In this document: one piece after another, positions 1-9,468 of the stretch
Position numbering within the stretch: position 1 is the first letter of the stretch
Layout of the letters: every line of letters begins with the position of its first letter
Source of the DNA: Candidatus Thermosaccharophagus gerlachensis
GTDB taxonomy: Bacteria; Armatimonadota; Fervidibacteria; Fervidibacterales; Thermosaccharophagaceae
DNA: 64,000 bases
Reading direction: 5' to 3'
Assembly (NCBI GenBank): GCA_041538025.1
Contig: JBGOEV010000007.1
Location: 1,891-65,890, forward strand
Made by a program: the position numbers and the translations under genes
The notes under the pieces: model-generated
Seen by the model: only the letters and a program-made list of their open reading frames with translations
The model's database searches: none
What the model was told of the DNA's origin: nothing

Positions 1-359
1 AAGGCACTATAGCTGGGCAAATAGTGCTTGCGGTAAACAGTGGCGATTTTGCCATCATGTAGGATAGCAGTTGCGTTGAACAGGTCGCCGTCTTCGTCCA
101 CGAAGCCGATGACTGCTACCAACGACTTGGGCACCTGCCTTGCCAGATCAGCTACGACTTCCTTGTTACGTGTGACGAAGTGGGGCTTGAAGAGCAAATC
201 TTCGGGTGGGTAACCTGTCACAGCCAGTTCAGGGAACGCCACGATGTCCGCCCGCACCTCTTTTGCTCGCTCAATGCCTTCGGCAATCTTTTGCGCGTTG
301 CCCTCAATGTCACCGACTGTCGCATTCATTTGCGCCAAAGCAACCCTCAAAGTCCGCAT
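1..359 (-). CDS. nadE: glutamine-dependent NAD+ synthetase, N-terminal carbon-nitrogen hydrolase domain (5' part only; gene runs off the left edge)
   Basis: Absent from the ORF track because it is truncated. Reverse strand from ATG 359..357 reads MRTLRVALAQMNATVGDIEGNAQKIAEGIERAKEVRADIVAFPELAVTGYPPEDLLFKPHF... This is a typical NadE/nitrilase-superfamily N-terminus including the FPEL catalytic-Glu motif. SD GGAAGGGGTGA lies upstream. Confidence 0.7.
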   Translation of the reverse strand, partial: MRTLRVALAQMNATVGDIEGNAQKIAEGIERAKEVRADIVAFPELAVTGYPPEDLLFKPHFVTRNKEVVADLARQVPKSLVAVIGFVDEDGDLFNATAILHDGKIATVYRKHYLPSYSA

Positions 360-679
360 TTCTTCACCCCTTCCACTTTTGGACACTTACTACATCCAAT
401 CCCTTCAAAGTTATGCGCAAATGCGATTTAAGGTTTTGCTACTCATCCATTATCGGCAAAATGACTTGCTTGGCGGATTGCTCCAATTCCCCCGTCCTTA
501 TCTTGCTCGCCCTTGTTACATGGCGAAGAAGCGATTGCCACATCAGCAAAAGCATAGGCATTGGTCTCAAAGCCGTTAATGCATTGCCAATTTATTGACC
601 CGAGCGAATTGACCTGTCTCCTCGTAAAATGTCAAAGCGCCATAATTGCTGACTAAAATTTAGGCTTTGTATATGGGTT

Positions 680-1528
680 TTACCACTCCTTTCTCATCCA
701 GTATAATGTCCAAAAATTTGGCATTTTTGCGTCCTCCCAGCCAAGTGAAAGCAACTTCTCCTCATCAACATGCGGTATTGGCAAGCTCACGCCGAGCCAA
801 CGCTTCCCATAGCAAGAGCACACATACTCAAGTCCGTTCAACATTGAGAGCATGTAATCAAAATCTTTGGCAAAAATTTTGGAAATTACTACAAGCTCTG
901 GTGTTAGTCGTGCTGTGGTAGCAATTGCCACACCGACAATTTCATTTCGTCTTTCGCCAAGCAGTGACAGGTGTGGGTCATCAGCAAGCGAGCTGAAAAA
1001 CTTTGAAGCTGTATCAAGATACTCCTTTTCTTCGCCGAAAAACTTGAGAAGCCTCGGCAGGTCATCTAAAGAGAGATTTTTTAGCGAGATTTTTTGTGGC
1101 TTGTCTACATTCCTTTGCGAGAGGTTGAGCACAAGCTTCTTTTGTATGTTGACACATTTATAGCCATATTTTTCGTAAAATTTTCGTGCAAAGGGTGTCC
1201 CAAGTTCAACAATCCTCAAACCAGCCTTGTTTGCTTTTTCCTCAATGGCTTTGAGCAACTTGCCACCGATGCCCTTCCTCCAATGTGCTGGATGAACGGC
1301 GATCCACGAGATAAATGCCCTATCCTCACCTGGCTTGCCTACAAGGAATCCGACAATTCTACCATCAACTTCGGCTACAAACTGCCAATCTGGGAAATTG
1401 CGCAAATGCTCAACTAAGCCAACGCCAAATAGCCAAGGCAACCTTGCCTCTTCCAGAAACGCGCAGTTTGCAACCCTAACTATCGCTGCTATGTCCTTGG
1501 GGAGAGCATGCCTTATCGTTACCTCCAT
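680..1528 (-). CDS. GNAT-family N-acetyltransferase
   Basis: ORF 680..1537. Acetyl-CoA-binding-type motif WIAVHPAHWRKGIGGKLL. Best-spaced start is ATG 1528 (AAGGTGA-N5-ATG). Confidence 0.7.
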   Translation of the reverse strand: MEVTIRHALPKDIAAIVRVANCAFLEEARLPWLFGVGLVEHLRNFPDWQFVAEVDGRIVGFLVGKPGEDRAFISWIAVHPAHWRKGIGGKLLKAIEEKANKAGLRIVELGTPFARKFYEKYGYKCVNIQKKLVLNLSQRNVDKPQKISLKNLSLDDLPRLLKFFGEEKEYLDTASKFFSSLADDPHLSLLGERRNEIVGVAIATTARLTPELVVISKIFAKDFDYMLSMLNGLEYVCSCYGKRWLGVSLPIPHVDEEKLLSLGWEDAKMPNFWTLYWMRKEW

Positions 1529-1575
1529 CAACATCACCTTCCAAACTACAATTATAGCGTAATGTTGTCTTTTGC

Positions 1576-2691
1576 TTACTGTCCCTTGGCTATCCTTACG
1601 AACGTTTCTTCATCAACTTTGAGCCTCAATGGGAGTGGGTCTTTCCAGCGCTGGCGGAAGGCGAAGCCAGCGATAACCCAAATTTCGCCCTTACGACGCT
1701 CAAATAAGTAAGGATAGCTCAACTGCCCTCCGGGCTGCCGAGCGAGGACGACTGGCTTTGTCCATGTTTTTCCATCGTCTTCGGAGAAAGCAATTGAAAG
1801 TTCCTCACGATGCCATGATGAAGGAAACTCCGTATGCTGAGGCAAGACACTTTTTTGCCAGATACGCCCCTCTGGATTGAGCCTGTTCCATACCAAGACT
1901 AACCTACCGCTTTTCAAACGGAGAAGGTATCCGGGTGAATTGCTGGCATCAATCTGGCTTGGTTGAATAATCCGCCAGTATCGTCCACCATCGTCAGAGA
2001 TTGCCTGCCAGAACCTGTCAAGGCTCGTTCTGATGAGCATCAAAAGCCGACCGTCACTCAATTCCGCAACTGTTGGCTCCATAGCACCATCGTGGTGTCC
2101 ATGTCCGCCCAAGTCAATCCAATTGCTTCTTCTCCATGTTTTGCCCTCATCATCAGAATAAAAGGAACAAGCAACAAGCCTTCCTGGATTGTGTGTTAAA
2201 TGCTCAAGTGGGACAACGATTCTCCCCGTGCTGGTTTGAATCAACCCAAAAAAGTTGGCATTGTAACCGCCAAGCAATCGTTGGTTATCAATCCAAGTCT
2301 TACCGCCATCTAAACTGCGTATCGCCCAAACTTCCAACTTACAACCTTCCTTTGGTTCCTTTTTTTCTTCATCCCACTCAAAACGACGCTCACTGAAGTT
2401 CAAGTAGACAAGGATAAGCGTATTGTTACGGGTCCGCAGCAGGTAATAAGAGGCAGGCTCCTTTGGATTAATACCTTCGCAAACAGGGATAGCTTCAGAC
2501 CATGTTTTTCCATCATCCTTACTGATGCGGAAGCCTTGAGCATCAACAGTTGCTAAACTACCATCAGCTAATTCTACAAATGGACCGTTACGATCGATCT
2601 CCAAAGGTTGCGCCATCGGGTGAACCCACCTCTCACCGACTATTTCCGCATTCAATAGCCCAAAATTAACAAAAAGCAACATGCTTACCAT
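1576..2691 (-). CDS. secreted BNR/Asp-box beta-propeller protein, sialidase-like (GH33-like fold)
   Basis: Five Asp boxes: SKDDGKTW, SLDGGKTW, SDDEGKTW, SDDGGRYW, SEDDGKTW. Sialidase-like MEPTVAELSDGRLLMLIRT and LSYPYL segments. Hydrophobic N-terminus MVSMLLFVNFGLLNA. Strong SD. Confidence 0.6.
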   Translation of the reverse strand: MVSMLLFVNFGLLNAEIVGERWVHPMAQPLEIDRNGPFVELADGSLATVDAQGFRISKDDGKTWSEAIPVCEGINPKEPASYYLLRTRNNTLILVYLNFSERRFEWDEEKKEPKEGCKLEVWAIRSLDGGKTWIDNQRLLGGYNANFFGLIQTSTGRIVVPLEHLTHNPGRLVACSFYSDDEGKTWRRSNWIDLGGHGHHDGAMEPTVAELSDGRLLMLIRTSLDRFWQAISDDGGRYWRIIQPSQIDASNSPGYLLRLKSGRLVLVWNRLNPEGRIWQKSVLPQHTEFPSSWHREELSIAFSEDDGKTWTKPVVLARQPGGQLSYPYLFERRKGEIWVIAGFAFRQRWKDPLPLRLKVDEETFVRIAKGQ

Positions 2692-2752
2692 TTCACCTCA
2701 CCCCTCCAATCAAAGGATTTAAGCTCCAACCTTCGACGGAGAACCCTCTAAA

Positions 2753-5700
2753 TCATTCAACAAACCATTCAATAACCCTAACTTCGCCCGGACTTAGAGC
2801 AATTTGACGAGTGAGAAGTTTCCCCCAACTCCATTGAGCAACACTCCTCACCTTAATCTTCTTCTTCTTGGGAGTTGGGTTATGCAAGTAAACGCTAAAC
2901 TTTTTCTCCCCAGTTTGAACGACATTTATGAAGATTTCCTTATCATCACAAACGATGGGATGCCCGATGAAGATATCCTTGTCACCTTCGCGCAAGTCCA
3001 TCGTCACATAAGCGCTATCTCCCAGTTGCCCTATTGGTCTTGCCCTTTTCTTATCCCTTTCCAGCAGAAACACACTCCAACGCTCCTGCAATCCCTTGAC
3101 CACTATAGGAAGTGTTAAAGGCAAATCGGCTTTACCGATTTTGCCGGAAAACCCTTCCCCTTCTCCATCAACCTCCAAGATGTATTTTTGCCCAATTACT
3201 TTCCCTTTCTCCACCTTTAAGCTGTATCCAACATTCCCTGCCAACCCCATTGTTTCCCTCACCCATTCAATCCACTTCTCATCGGGCTCAACTGTAAAGG
3301 GTGTTCCAACGACCAGAACCTTTGCTATCAAGCTTCCCCCTTTCTCCACAATCTTCCCTTCTACTGGAAAACGAATTCCCCAACTTGGGCTATCTTTTTG
3401 GGCATAAACATCCAAGGGTTCACTGCTCAGATTGAAAACGGCAACTGAGCCCATAGGGGAACCACAAAACGCTATGTATCCGTCTCTACTTAAGCTTATT
3501 TTTTGCCAAGCTTTCAATTCATCGGGTGTTTTCTCGCTCGATAATAATCTCCCCTCCTGAGTGCGGATGAACCATCTCTTAGCACCAGCTTTATAAAATT
3601 GCCCTAAAACGAGCCTCTCGATCTTCACTTTCTCCTTAAACTTTATTTCCAATTCTGCAACGATTGAAGAAAAGAGCCCCGGTCTGAGATTGAAATATGT
3701 GCGGGTTATTTTTGCTTCGATAAGCTTTGATGGATTAGCAGGGGCTAATGTGTGCCAGACATTTAAGGCAGGAACTTCAGGGGGATAAAACCCATCGCTC
3801 TTGCCATAGCCCATCATCAAATCGGCACTATGCAGAAGCCTGTCAGTCCAAATCCTTCCTCGACTCAAATCTTCCTCTCCCTTATCGCATTTTATTGATG
3901 GATTTATCCAAAGCACTGGGTCGCCTCCGGGGGCACCGTCAAAGCCGGGAATCATCCCACCAAGGCGATTATCGGGCTTATAAGTTGAGGAAGGTGCAAT
4001 TAGCCCAGCCCCATCCCAAGGTCCCTTGTTAGGGGTCATTCCAAAGGTAAAACCACTTTGCGCTCCTGTTCCATCCTCCCTTCTCTGCATGCTATAAGAG
4101 AGCTGGTTCATCCTGTCACCGCACATGAACTCCTCAAGCAACGGTTGAGGACGATCAAAAAGCTCCATCGTGATGGCTTGCCTTCCCTTCAAATCCTTTG
4201 CTATGACGAAAAGGTTATGCTGCTGACCGTGATTGAAATCCTCCTCCCAGTCGAAGTATTTAGCCCCTCTTGGATAGAAATGCCTTATTAACTCCTCGCC
4301 ATCGTAAATCATTACCTCTTTCAAACCGACATCCGATGCTATGGCGAGCCTCAGTCTCCAACGCCAATGCGTCCAGTCAAACCAATCATAGCTCTCATAA
4401 TCCCTCGGACCAATAAAACGCCATTCCAGAATACGAGGTCCATTTGAAACATAACGAAGGTGGCAATAAGGAGGCATAGAGGGATGCCAAGAGGAAAATT
4501 GCTCTTTCAAATCGTTTAAATCCGACGCCTCAAAATAGTTCACGTATCCTTCTTTTAAAGCTTTTTCCAACTGCTTCGGCTCATTCACCAAGCTTATAGC
4601 AAAGGGCCAGAGAGATTCACCTCTATTTTGAAGGTGCTTGTATCCTTCAATCAATTCATCCAAAAGTTTCAGCTTCCCTTCACGAAAATCCTGACTGAAA
4701 ATAGCAACAGCATCGTAGGCTCTAAATTCATAGTAAGGGCAGGGATTTTTCGAATGCCACCATGAGCCAATGGTGAGATTCATTCTGTTGAGATTGTGCA
4801 TCCAATCCAGTAAGACATACCCAGCTTGACCGGGGACCTTTGTATCAGGGTGAGTTGTAGCAAAACGCTTCTTATCATCGGTAAGAAGATGCTCATCTGG
4901 ATAGCGGGTGCGGTAACCCGCTGCAAAATAATGATTCCCGTAACCGTCCTCAAAGCGGAACCCGGGCACAGCTAAGAAATCCTTCCCTGAGACGGCTTCG
5001 CATTCTTTGACAAGCTTTTCCCACGATTCCCTCGGTAGATTGGAAAAATCCTCCAAAAAAACTATGAAATCGCACCCTAATGAACGAGCAAGTTTGGCAT
5101 AATCCTCCACCTTTCCTTTTCCCCCAGATATCTCGGTTTGAGCTCCAACTATCCCTCTAAAAACCTTTGGAGGCGGAGGAAAACGAGCACTGCTCCAATC
5201 CCATGGAGGAATTTGCGGGAGCTTTGGTTCAGTGAGAAGCCGAGCAGGCGTTTTAGCGCCTCCAAATCTCCCTGACTTCAACGAAGGCTCAGAAAGCCAA
5301 TGAAGAGTGTTAAGGAGAAGACGCAAGAAATCGCTTGGCTGGTTGTTAAGACCGCTTTCCATGACTATCCCCCTCAAAGCAGTGGCATACCCACCCCAAA
5401 AATGATAGGATGAGTTTATAGAGCAAAGGGCAATCCTTCCCTCGCCATAGGACCGGATGGCAAAGATAGGTGGAGCTGAAATTCCCTCTTTAGTTATCCT
5501 TTCTGTAGGCAATCCCCTTGCATGGCTTTCCCACAGCACGCTTTTTGAAGAGGCTTCGCCTCGGATGACCACTTGCCAATCGCTACTAACATCAAAGGTT
5601 AAAGTGGAAGAAGCTCCTCCTGCCCCTTCGGTAACTGGATACCAAATGAGACGAACTCCTTCACTAACAGGCGATGGGGAGATGTTGCTTGTGTAGGCAA

Positions 5701-6127
5701 ACTTTATTCCCCACGGGGTGCCACCGTCTTTCTCCCTTTCTCTATCGTGGACTGTTTCAGGGCGAAGGCGAGCACCTATTTGATCAAGAAGACGAAATTG
5801 TCCATCCCAATCCTCCAAATGCTCTCCTTTCCAAAGGCTGATGAAGAGCCCACCTCCCTCTTTTACAAAGCTAAGGAGGATCCCTCTTTCCTTGTCGCTT
5901 AAATAAGCACCTCCCCTCAGCAGAACGACCACATTGAACTGCTTAATGTAACTCTCATTAGGGAAATCCCAACGCCAGTCAAACTCAAAACCTGCCTCCA
6001 ACAGTTTCCTGGCAACTTCCCTATCCTGTAACCCGGTCTGAAGAAAAAGTATAGAGGGTTTGGGCTGAGCGAGGACAAAGCGAAGGAATCCAAAAAGGAA
6101 AAGGGAGATTAGGGAAATCTTCATCAT
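2753..6127 (-). CDS. large secreted protein of unknown function (~1124 aa) with an N-terminal class-I-glutamine-amidotransferase-like/ThuA-like module
   Basis: ORF 2753..6202. Likely start is ATGATG at 6127 after GGAGGAGG, giving signal peptide MMKISLISLFLFGFLRFVLAQP. N-terminal pattern ILFLQTG...FNVVVLLRGG...FVKEGGGLFISL. I recognised no catalytic motif. Confidence 0.5.
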   Translation of the reverse strand: MMKISLISLFLFGFLRFVLAQPKPSILFLQTGLQDREVARKLLEAGFEFDWRWDFPNESYIKQFNVVVLLRGGAYLSDKERGILLSFVKEGGGLFISLWKGEHLEDWDGQFRLLDQIGARLRPETVHDREREKDGGTPWGIKFAYTSNISPSPVSEGVRLIWYPVTEGAGGASSTLTFDVSSDWQVVIRGEASSKSVLWESHARGLPTERITKEGISAPPIFAIRSYGEGRIALCSINSSYHFWGGYATALRGIVMESGLNNQPSDFLRLLLNTLHWLSEPSLKSGRFGGAKTPARLLTEPKLPQIPPWDWSSARFPPPPKVFRGIVGAQTEISGGKGKVEDYAKLARSLGCDFIVFLEDFSNLPRESWEKLVKECEAVSGKDFLAVPGFRFEDGYGNHYFAAGYRTRYPDEHLLTDDKKRFATTHPDTKVPGQAGYVLLDWMHNLNRMNLTIGSWWHSKNPCPYYEFRAYDAVAIFSQDFREGKLKLLDELIEGYKHLQNRGESLWPFAISLVNEPKQLEKALKEGYVNYFEASDLNDLKEQFSSWHPSMPPYCHLRYVSNGPRILEWRFIGPRDYESYDWFDWTHWRWRLRLAIASDVGLKEVMIYDGEELIRHFYPRGAKYFDWEEDFNHGQQHNLFVIAKDLKGRQAITMELFDRPQPLLEEFMCGDRMNQLSYSMQRREDGTGAQSGFTFGMTPNKGPWDGAGLIAPSSTYKPDNRLGGMIPGFDGAPGGDPVLWINPSIKCDKGEEDLSRGRIWTDRLLHSADLMMGYGKSDGFYPPEVPALNVWHTLAPANPSKLIEAKITRTYFNLRPGLFSSIVAELEIKFKEKVKIERLVLGQFYKAGAKRWFIRTQEGRLLSSEKTPDELKAWQKISLSRDGYIAFCGSPMGSVAVFNLSSEPLDVYAQKDSPSWGIRFPVEGKIVEKGGSLIAKVLVVGTPFTVEPDEKWIEWVRETMGLAGNVGYSLKVEKGKVIGQKYILEVDGEGEGFSGKIGKADLPLTLPIVVKGLQERWSVFLLERDKKRARPIGQLGDSAYVTMDLREGDKDIFIGHPIVCDDKEIFINVVQTGEKKFSVYLHNPTPKKKKIKVRSVAQWSWGKLLTRQIALSPGEVRVIEWFVE

Positions 6128-6266
6128 GATCCTCTGCCTCCTCCAAAATCTGGCAAGGAGAAACACAGTAGCAAGCGAAACCGTTCTAATGTTATTGGGC
6201 ATTACCCCTCACCACCTTCTTAAGGTATTTTTGCAATTTGACACAGCTCAACCCATAAAACCACCC

Positions 6267-9200
6267 TTAACGAAGCAGAGTGAGAAGTTCCTGAGCTGCC
6301 TTTCTCACTCCAGCTGGGTCACTACCTGTCACCAAGATGACATCTTTCCCCAACGCAAACGGAGACCAGGAATATTCCAAGAGCCCCCTTCCCTTCCCTG
6401 GGAAATAGTCGTTTGCAACAAAGGGCAGGATACTTGCCCTCTGTAAAGCCTTAATAAGAGTGCTTGAGCTATCGGTTCCCACGAGGATGAGATCCTCCCC
6501 CACCTCAAAGGCATCTGGAAGAGTAGGTGGATAGCCGTTTTCCCCCGCCCATATTCGGAGCTTAACCCATGGCTTTCTCCTCCTTTCCCTTTCTTCCTCT
6601 GTTACCTCAAACCATTTCTCCCCTCTTTTCTCAATTGCTGGGAAAACTTTCGGATATCTTCCCTTCCTCCAAACAAGGTGCTCATCTTCCACGAAAACCG
6701 AAATCCCCTTTGCCCTCAAACGCTCACAAAGCTCCTTTGCTATTTCCTTTTCCTCCTCGCTCGCCTTCTCTCCCACCACGATGATTATCTTCCTGCCGGA
6801 TTTCAAGAGCGAGCGAATTGCCGACGCATCACATGTAAGGACATCGGGAATGATCTTCAGCTTAGAAGGGGGTGAAGTTGGAACACTTATTTCAACCACT
6901 TCCTTCTTCCCGCTAAAAAGCTCCTCCACGCTTATCCTCCATTTGCCAGGAGTTTCATTGGAGCCAATTGGTATGCTTTCCTTATAAACGCCTTTGGAAT
7001 CGGTGGAGCGCCAAAGTTGTATTTGATCTCCCTGTGCATCTGTGATTGTTACCTTCAAGGGCAAAGCAGCAGATATCAGACGGTTCCCTTTTCCATAGCA
7101 ATTAGCGGTCAATTCAAGAAACCTCCCCTGCTTTGCCACCATCTTTGCCCTCAGTCTAACTTGCTCAATTGGTTGGGGAAGAATGGCGATGATCTTCATT
7201 TCCGTAGGCTCAAAATCGAGTTTAAGCGATGCCCCGGGCTTTAAAGTGAGTCTCCTTGTCGTTGCCCAATCCCTTCCTTCCAAGATATAAACCGCTTCCC
7301 CGCTGCGAAGGGCATTAAACTTAACGGTAACCCCTTTTAACTCGTCCCAATCCGAAGCAGGATAGAGCTTTACCTTCCGACCTTTTATTTCCCTCTCCAC
7401 TTCCTGAGGGGACGCTCTTTGAGCATCGTTGAGGAGAAGGTAGTATCTTCCTTCCCCACTTACCCATTTCCCCGGTATAATTCCCCTTTTGCTGACCTCT
7501 ATCTCAAACTTCCCAAGAGTTTGAGCAAGCACGGTAGACAAAACATCGGCATATTCATCGAGCAGAGCATCGCTTACTGCCTGTCGCATTATCTTGCTTG
7601 CTTCGGTGTAATTCTCTTTGCTCATAAGTTCATTGGCGGTCTTTTCCAGATCTTCTATCCGATGCACATACGAAGACATGTCTATTGGGATTCTACTAAT
7701 TTGCAGTTCGGGAGGAGACCAACTCGTGGTTGTATCAGCGAACAGCTTCCCACCACTCCTTTGAAAATCCCGAATCCTATTCACAATTTCTTTAGGAAGA
7801 GGATGCTTAATCCCTACAAGGAAAAGCGCTTTTCTCCCTTTCAAACCGTCCTCTTTTAACTCCCATTCGTGGATCAAATCAACCGTGTATCCAGCACGAC
7901 GGATAGCGTGGTAGAGAGCAAAACACTCATAGGCATAATTCCTTGGGATGCGATAGATTTCGCTATTTGGGACTTCCCCTGCTTCCTTAAGACGCATAGC
8001 AGCCTCGGTGAATGAATAGAGAACCCCAATTGGATGGCGGGCAGGCAAGGTAGCGAGGATGAAATCGCCGAATTTCCTAATTCTTTCAAAAGACGGTTTG
8101 AGGTTTTTTGCGCTCTGAAAATTGAGATGCCAAAGCATTCCCACACCATCCATAACAGCATAATTTGTGACCATCTCGGCGAGTGAAACCTCATCTGGGC
8201 TATTTGGGGTGAAATAAGTCGTATTGGAGGCGAAATGAAAGCGTTTATCCCTTCTTCCAACTTTCTCAAGCGCGAAGTGCCATGATTGCTCGGCTACCCC
8301 TCGCCAAAACATGAAGGAATGAGTTGTTGGAATATCGTTTAGCCTTTGAAGGAATGGATTTGTCCCATCGTTTATCGCAAATGAGGCATAGATATCCTGT
8401 CCCCAAGGAAGTTCTGGGTCGACTTTCTTAACATGCTGTTTCGCTTCTTTGAAAAACTCACCCATAATGTTAGCCCGCCAATGCATCCATGAAAGCCATT
8501 CGTCCTGGGGAAGCTCGCGAGGATCGGAGGGCAGTGGGCGTTTTAAGACTTTTTCAGAAGCTAAACGAGTAAAGAAATCGGGGAACAAGGAAAAAGCCTG
8601 CCCAGAAAAACGACCTTCCTTCACGATGCCATAATTTAAGCCTGGCTCATCCATCCCGCCAAGCGAAGCGACGGTGCTTATAAACCTCCTTGCCTGCTGA
8701 GCTCCCAACTCAGCCCTCTGCATCGCTACCTTCCTTATTTCAGGATCGAGGAATGAAGCCATAGATTCAAAGGGCTGATGGAGAACATATCCACTCCATA
8801 ACCCCTGCCAAACAAAGCCCTTTAGCCCGTTAGAAATCAGCCTCTCCACTCCTCTCTCAAACATGGAAGGAGTTAAAGGATCGGGGATGAAGTTCCCTTC
8901 TCCATCCACCTTGGCGTAATTGTAAAGGTCAAGGTAAACCCAAGTTGCACCAATTTTTAAGTTCTCTTCAAGGGGAGCGGTTGAACCAATGAGGAAATGG
9001 GTGGGAGGCAAAATTGAGGAAATATGAAGTTCTTCTTTCCCCACTACTTTACCGTTTATTTGGGCAATCAGGTGATATCTCCCCGGTTTTAGGAAGTAGG
9101 CTGGCAGCTGCCAAACAACGGTTTCTCCTCCTTTCAAGCTCATCTTCTCTTTTAAGAGTTGATATGGGGCAGATGAAGTTTTTCCTGCTTGGGCGTAGAT

Positions 9201-9368
9201 ACACAGTTCTCCAGAAACATCCTTCGGAGAAAAAAGCCCAAAATAGATCTTCTCACTTTGCCAAAATGCCTTTCTCGGCTCGCATATGAACAGCTTAAGT
9301 TCGGGGTCGGAAAGAACTGGAGGGGAAACAATAAAGAAAAAAAGCAATGCAAAGCATTCTCCAGCCAT
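6267..9368 (-). CDS. large secreted protein of unknown function (~1033 aa), GH42-like architecture (barrel-like region plus amidotransferase-like domain)
   Basis: ORF 6267..9416. Probable start ATG 9368 gives signal-like MAGECFALLFFFIVSPPVLS. Central IGVLYS...AGYTVDLI...KALFLVG...FQRSGGKLFAD resembles the beta-galactosidase trimerisation/GATase1-like domain. Confidence 0.4.
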   Translation of the reverse strand: MAGECFALLFFFIVSPPVLSDPELKLFICEPRKAFWQSEKIYFGLFSPKDVSGELCIYAQAGKTSSAPYQLLKEKMSLKGGETVVWQLPAYFLKPGRYHLIAQINGKVVGKEELHISSILPPTHFLIGSTAPLEENLKIGATWVYLDLYNYAKVDGEGNFIPDPLTPSMFERGVERLISNGLKGFVWQGLWSGYVLHQPFESMASFLDPEIRKVAMQRAELGAQQARRFISTVASLGGMDEPGLNYGIVKEGRFSGQAFSLFPDFFTRLASEKVLKRPLPSDPRELPQDEWLSWMHWRANIMGEFFKEAKQHVKKVDPELPWGQDIYASFAINDGTNPFLQRLNDIPTTHSFMFWRGVAEQSWHFALEKVGRRDKRFHFASNTTYFTPNSPDEVSLAEMVTNYAVMDGVGMLWHLNFQSAKNLKPSFERIRKFGDFILATLPARHPIGVLYSFTEAAMRLKEAGEVPNSEIYRIPRNYAYECFALYHAIRRAGYTVDLIHEWELKEDGLKGRKALFLVGIKHPLPKEIVNRIRDFQRSGGKLFADTTTSWSPPELQISRIPIDMSSYVHRIEDLEKTANELMSKENYTEASKIMRQAVSDALLDEYADVLSTVLAQTLGKFEIEVSKRGIIPGKWVSGEGRYYLLLNDAQRASPQEVEREIKGRKVKLYPASDWDELKGVTVKFNALRSGEAVYILEGRDWATTRRLTLKPGASLKLDFEPTEMKIIAILPQPIEQVRLRAKMVAKQGRFLELTANCYGKGNRLISAALPLKVTITDAQGDQIQLWRSTDSKGVYKESIPIGSNETPGKWRISVEELFSGKKEVVEISVPTSPPSKLKIIPDVLTCDASAIRSLLKSGRKIIIVVGEKASEEEKEIAKELCERLRAKGISVFVEDEHLVWRKGRYPKVFPAIEKRGEKWFEVTEEERERRRKPWVKLRIWAGENGYPPTLPDAFEVGEDLILVGTDSSSTLIKALQRASILPFVANDYFPGKGRGLLEYSWSPFALGKDVILVTGSDPAGVRKAAQELLTLLR

Positions 9369-9468
9369 TCTTCTTAAATTCTCGCCTTTTACCTTGTTGG
9401 ATGCCTCCCTGCCCACCCTCCTACACCCCCCTTACAAACCTGACTACAATGGTAAAAAGCAGTCTTTT

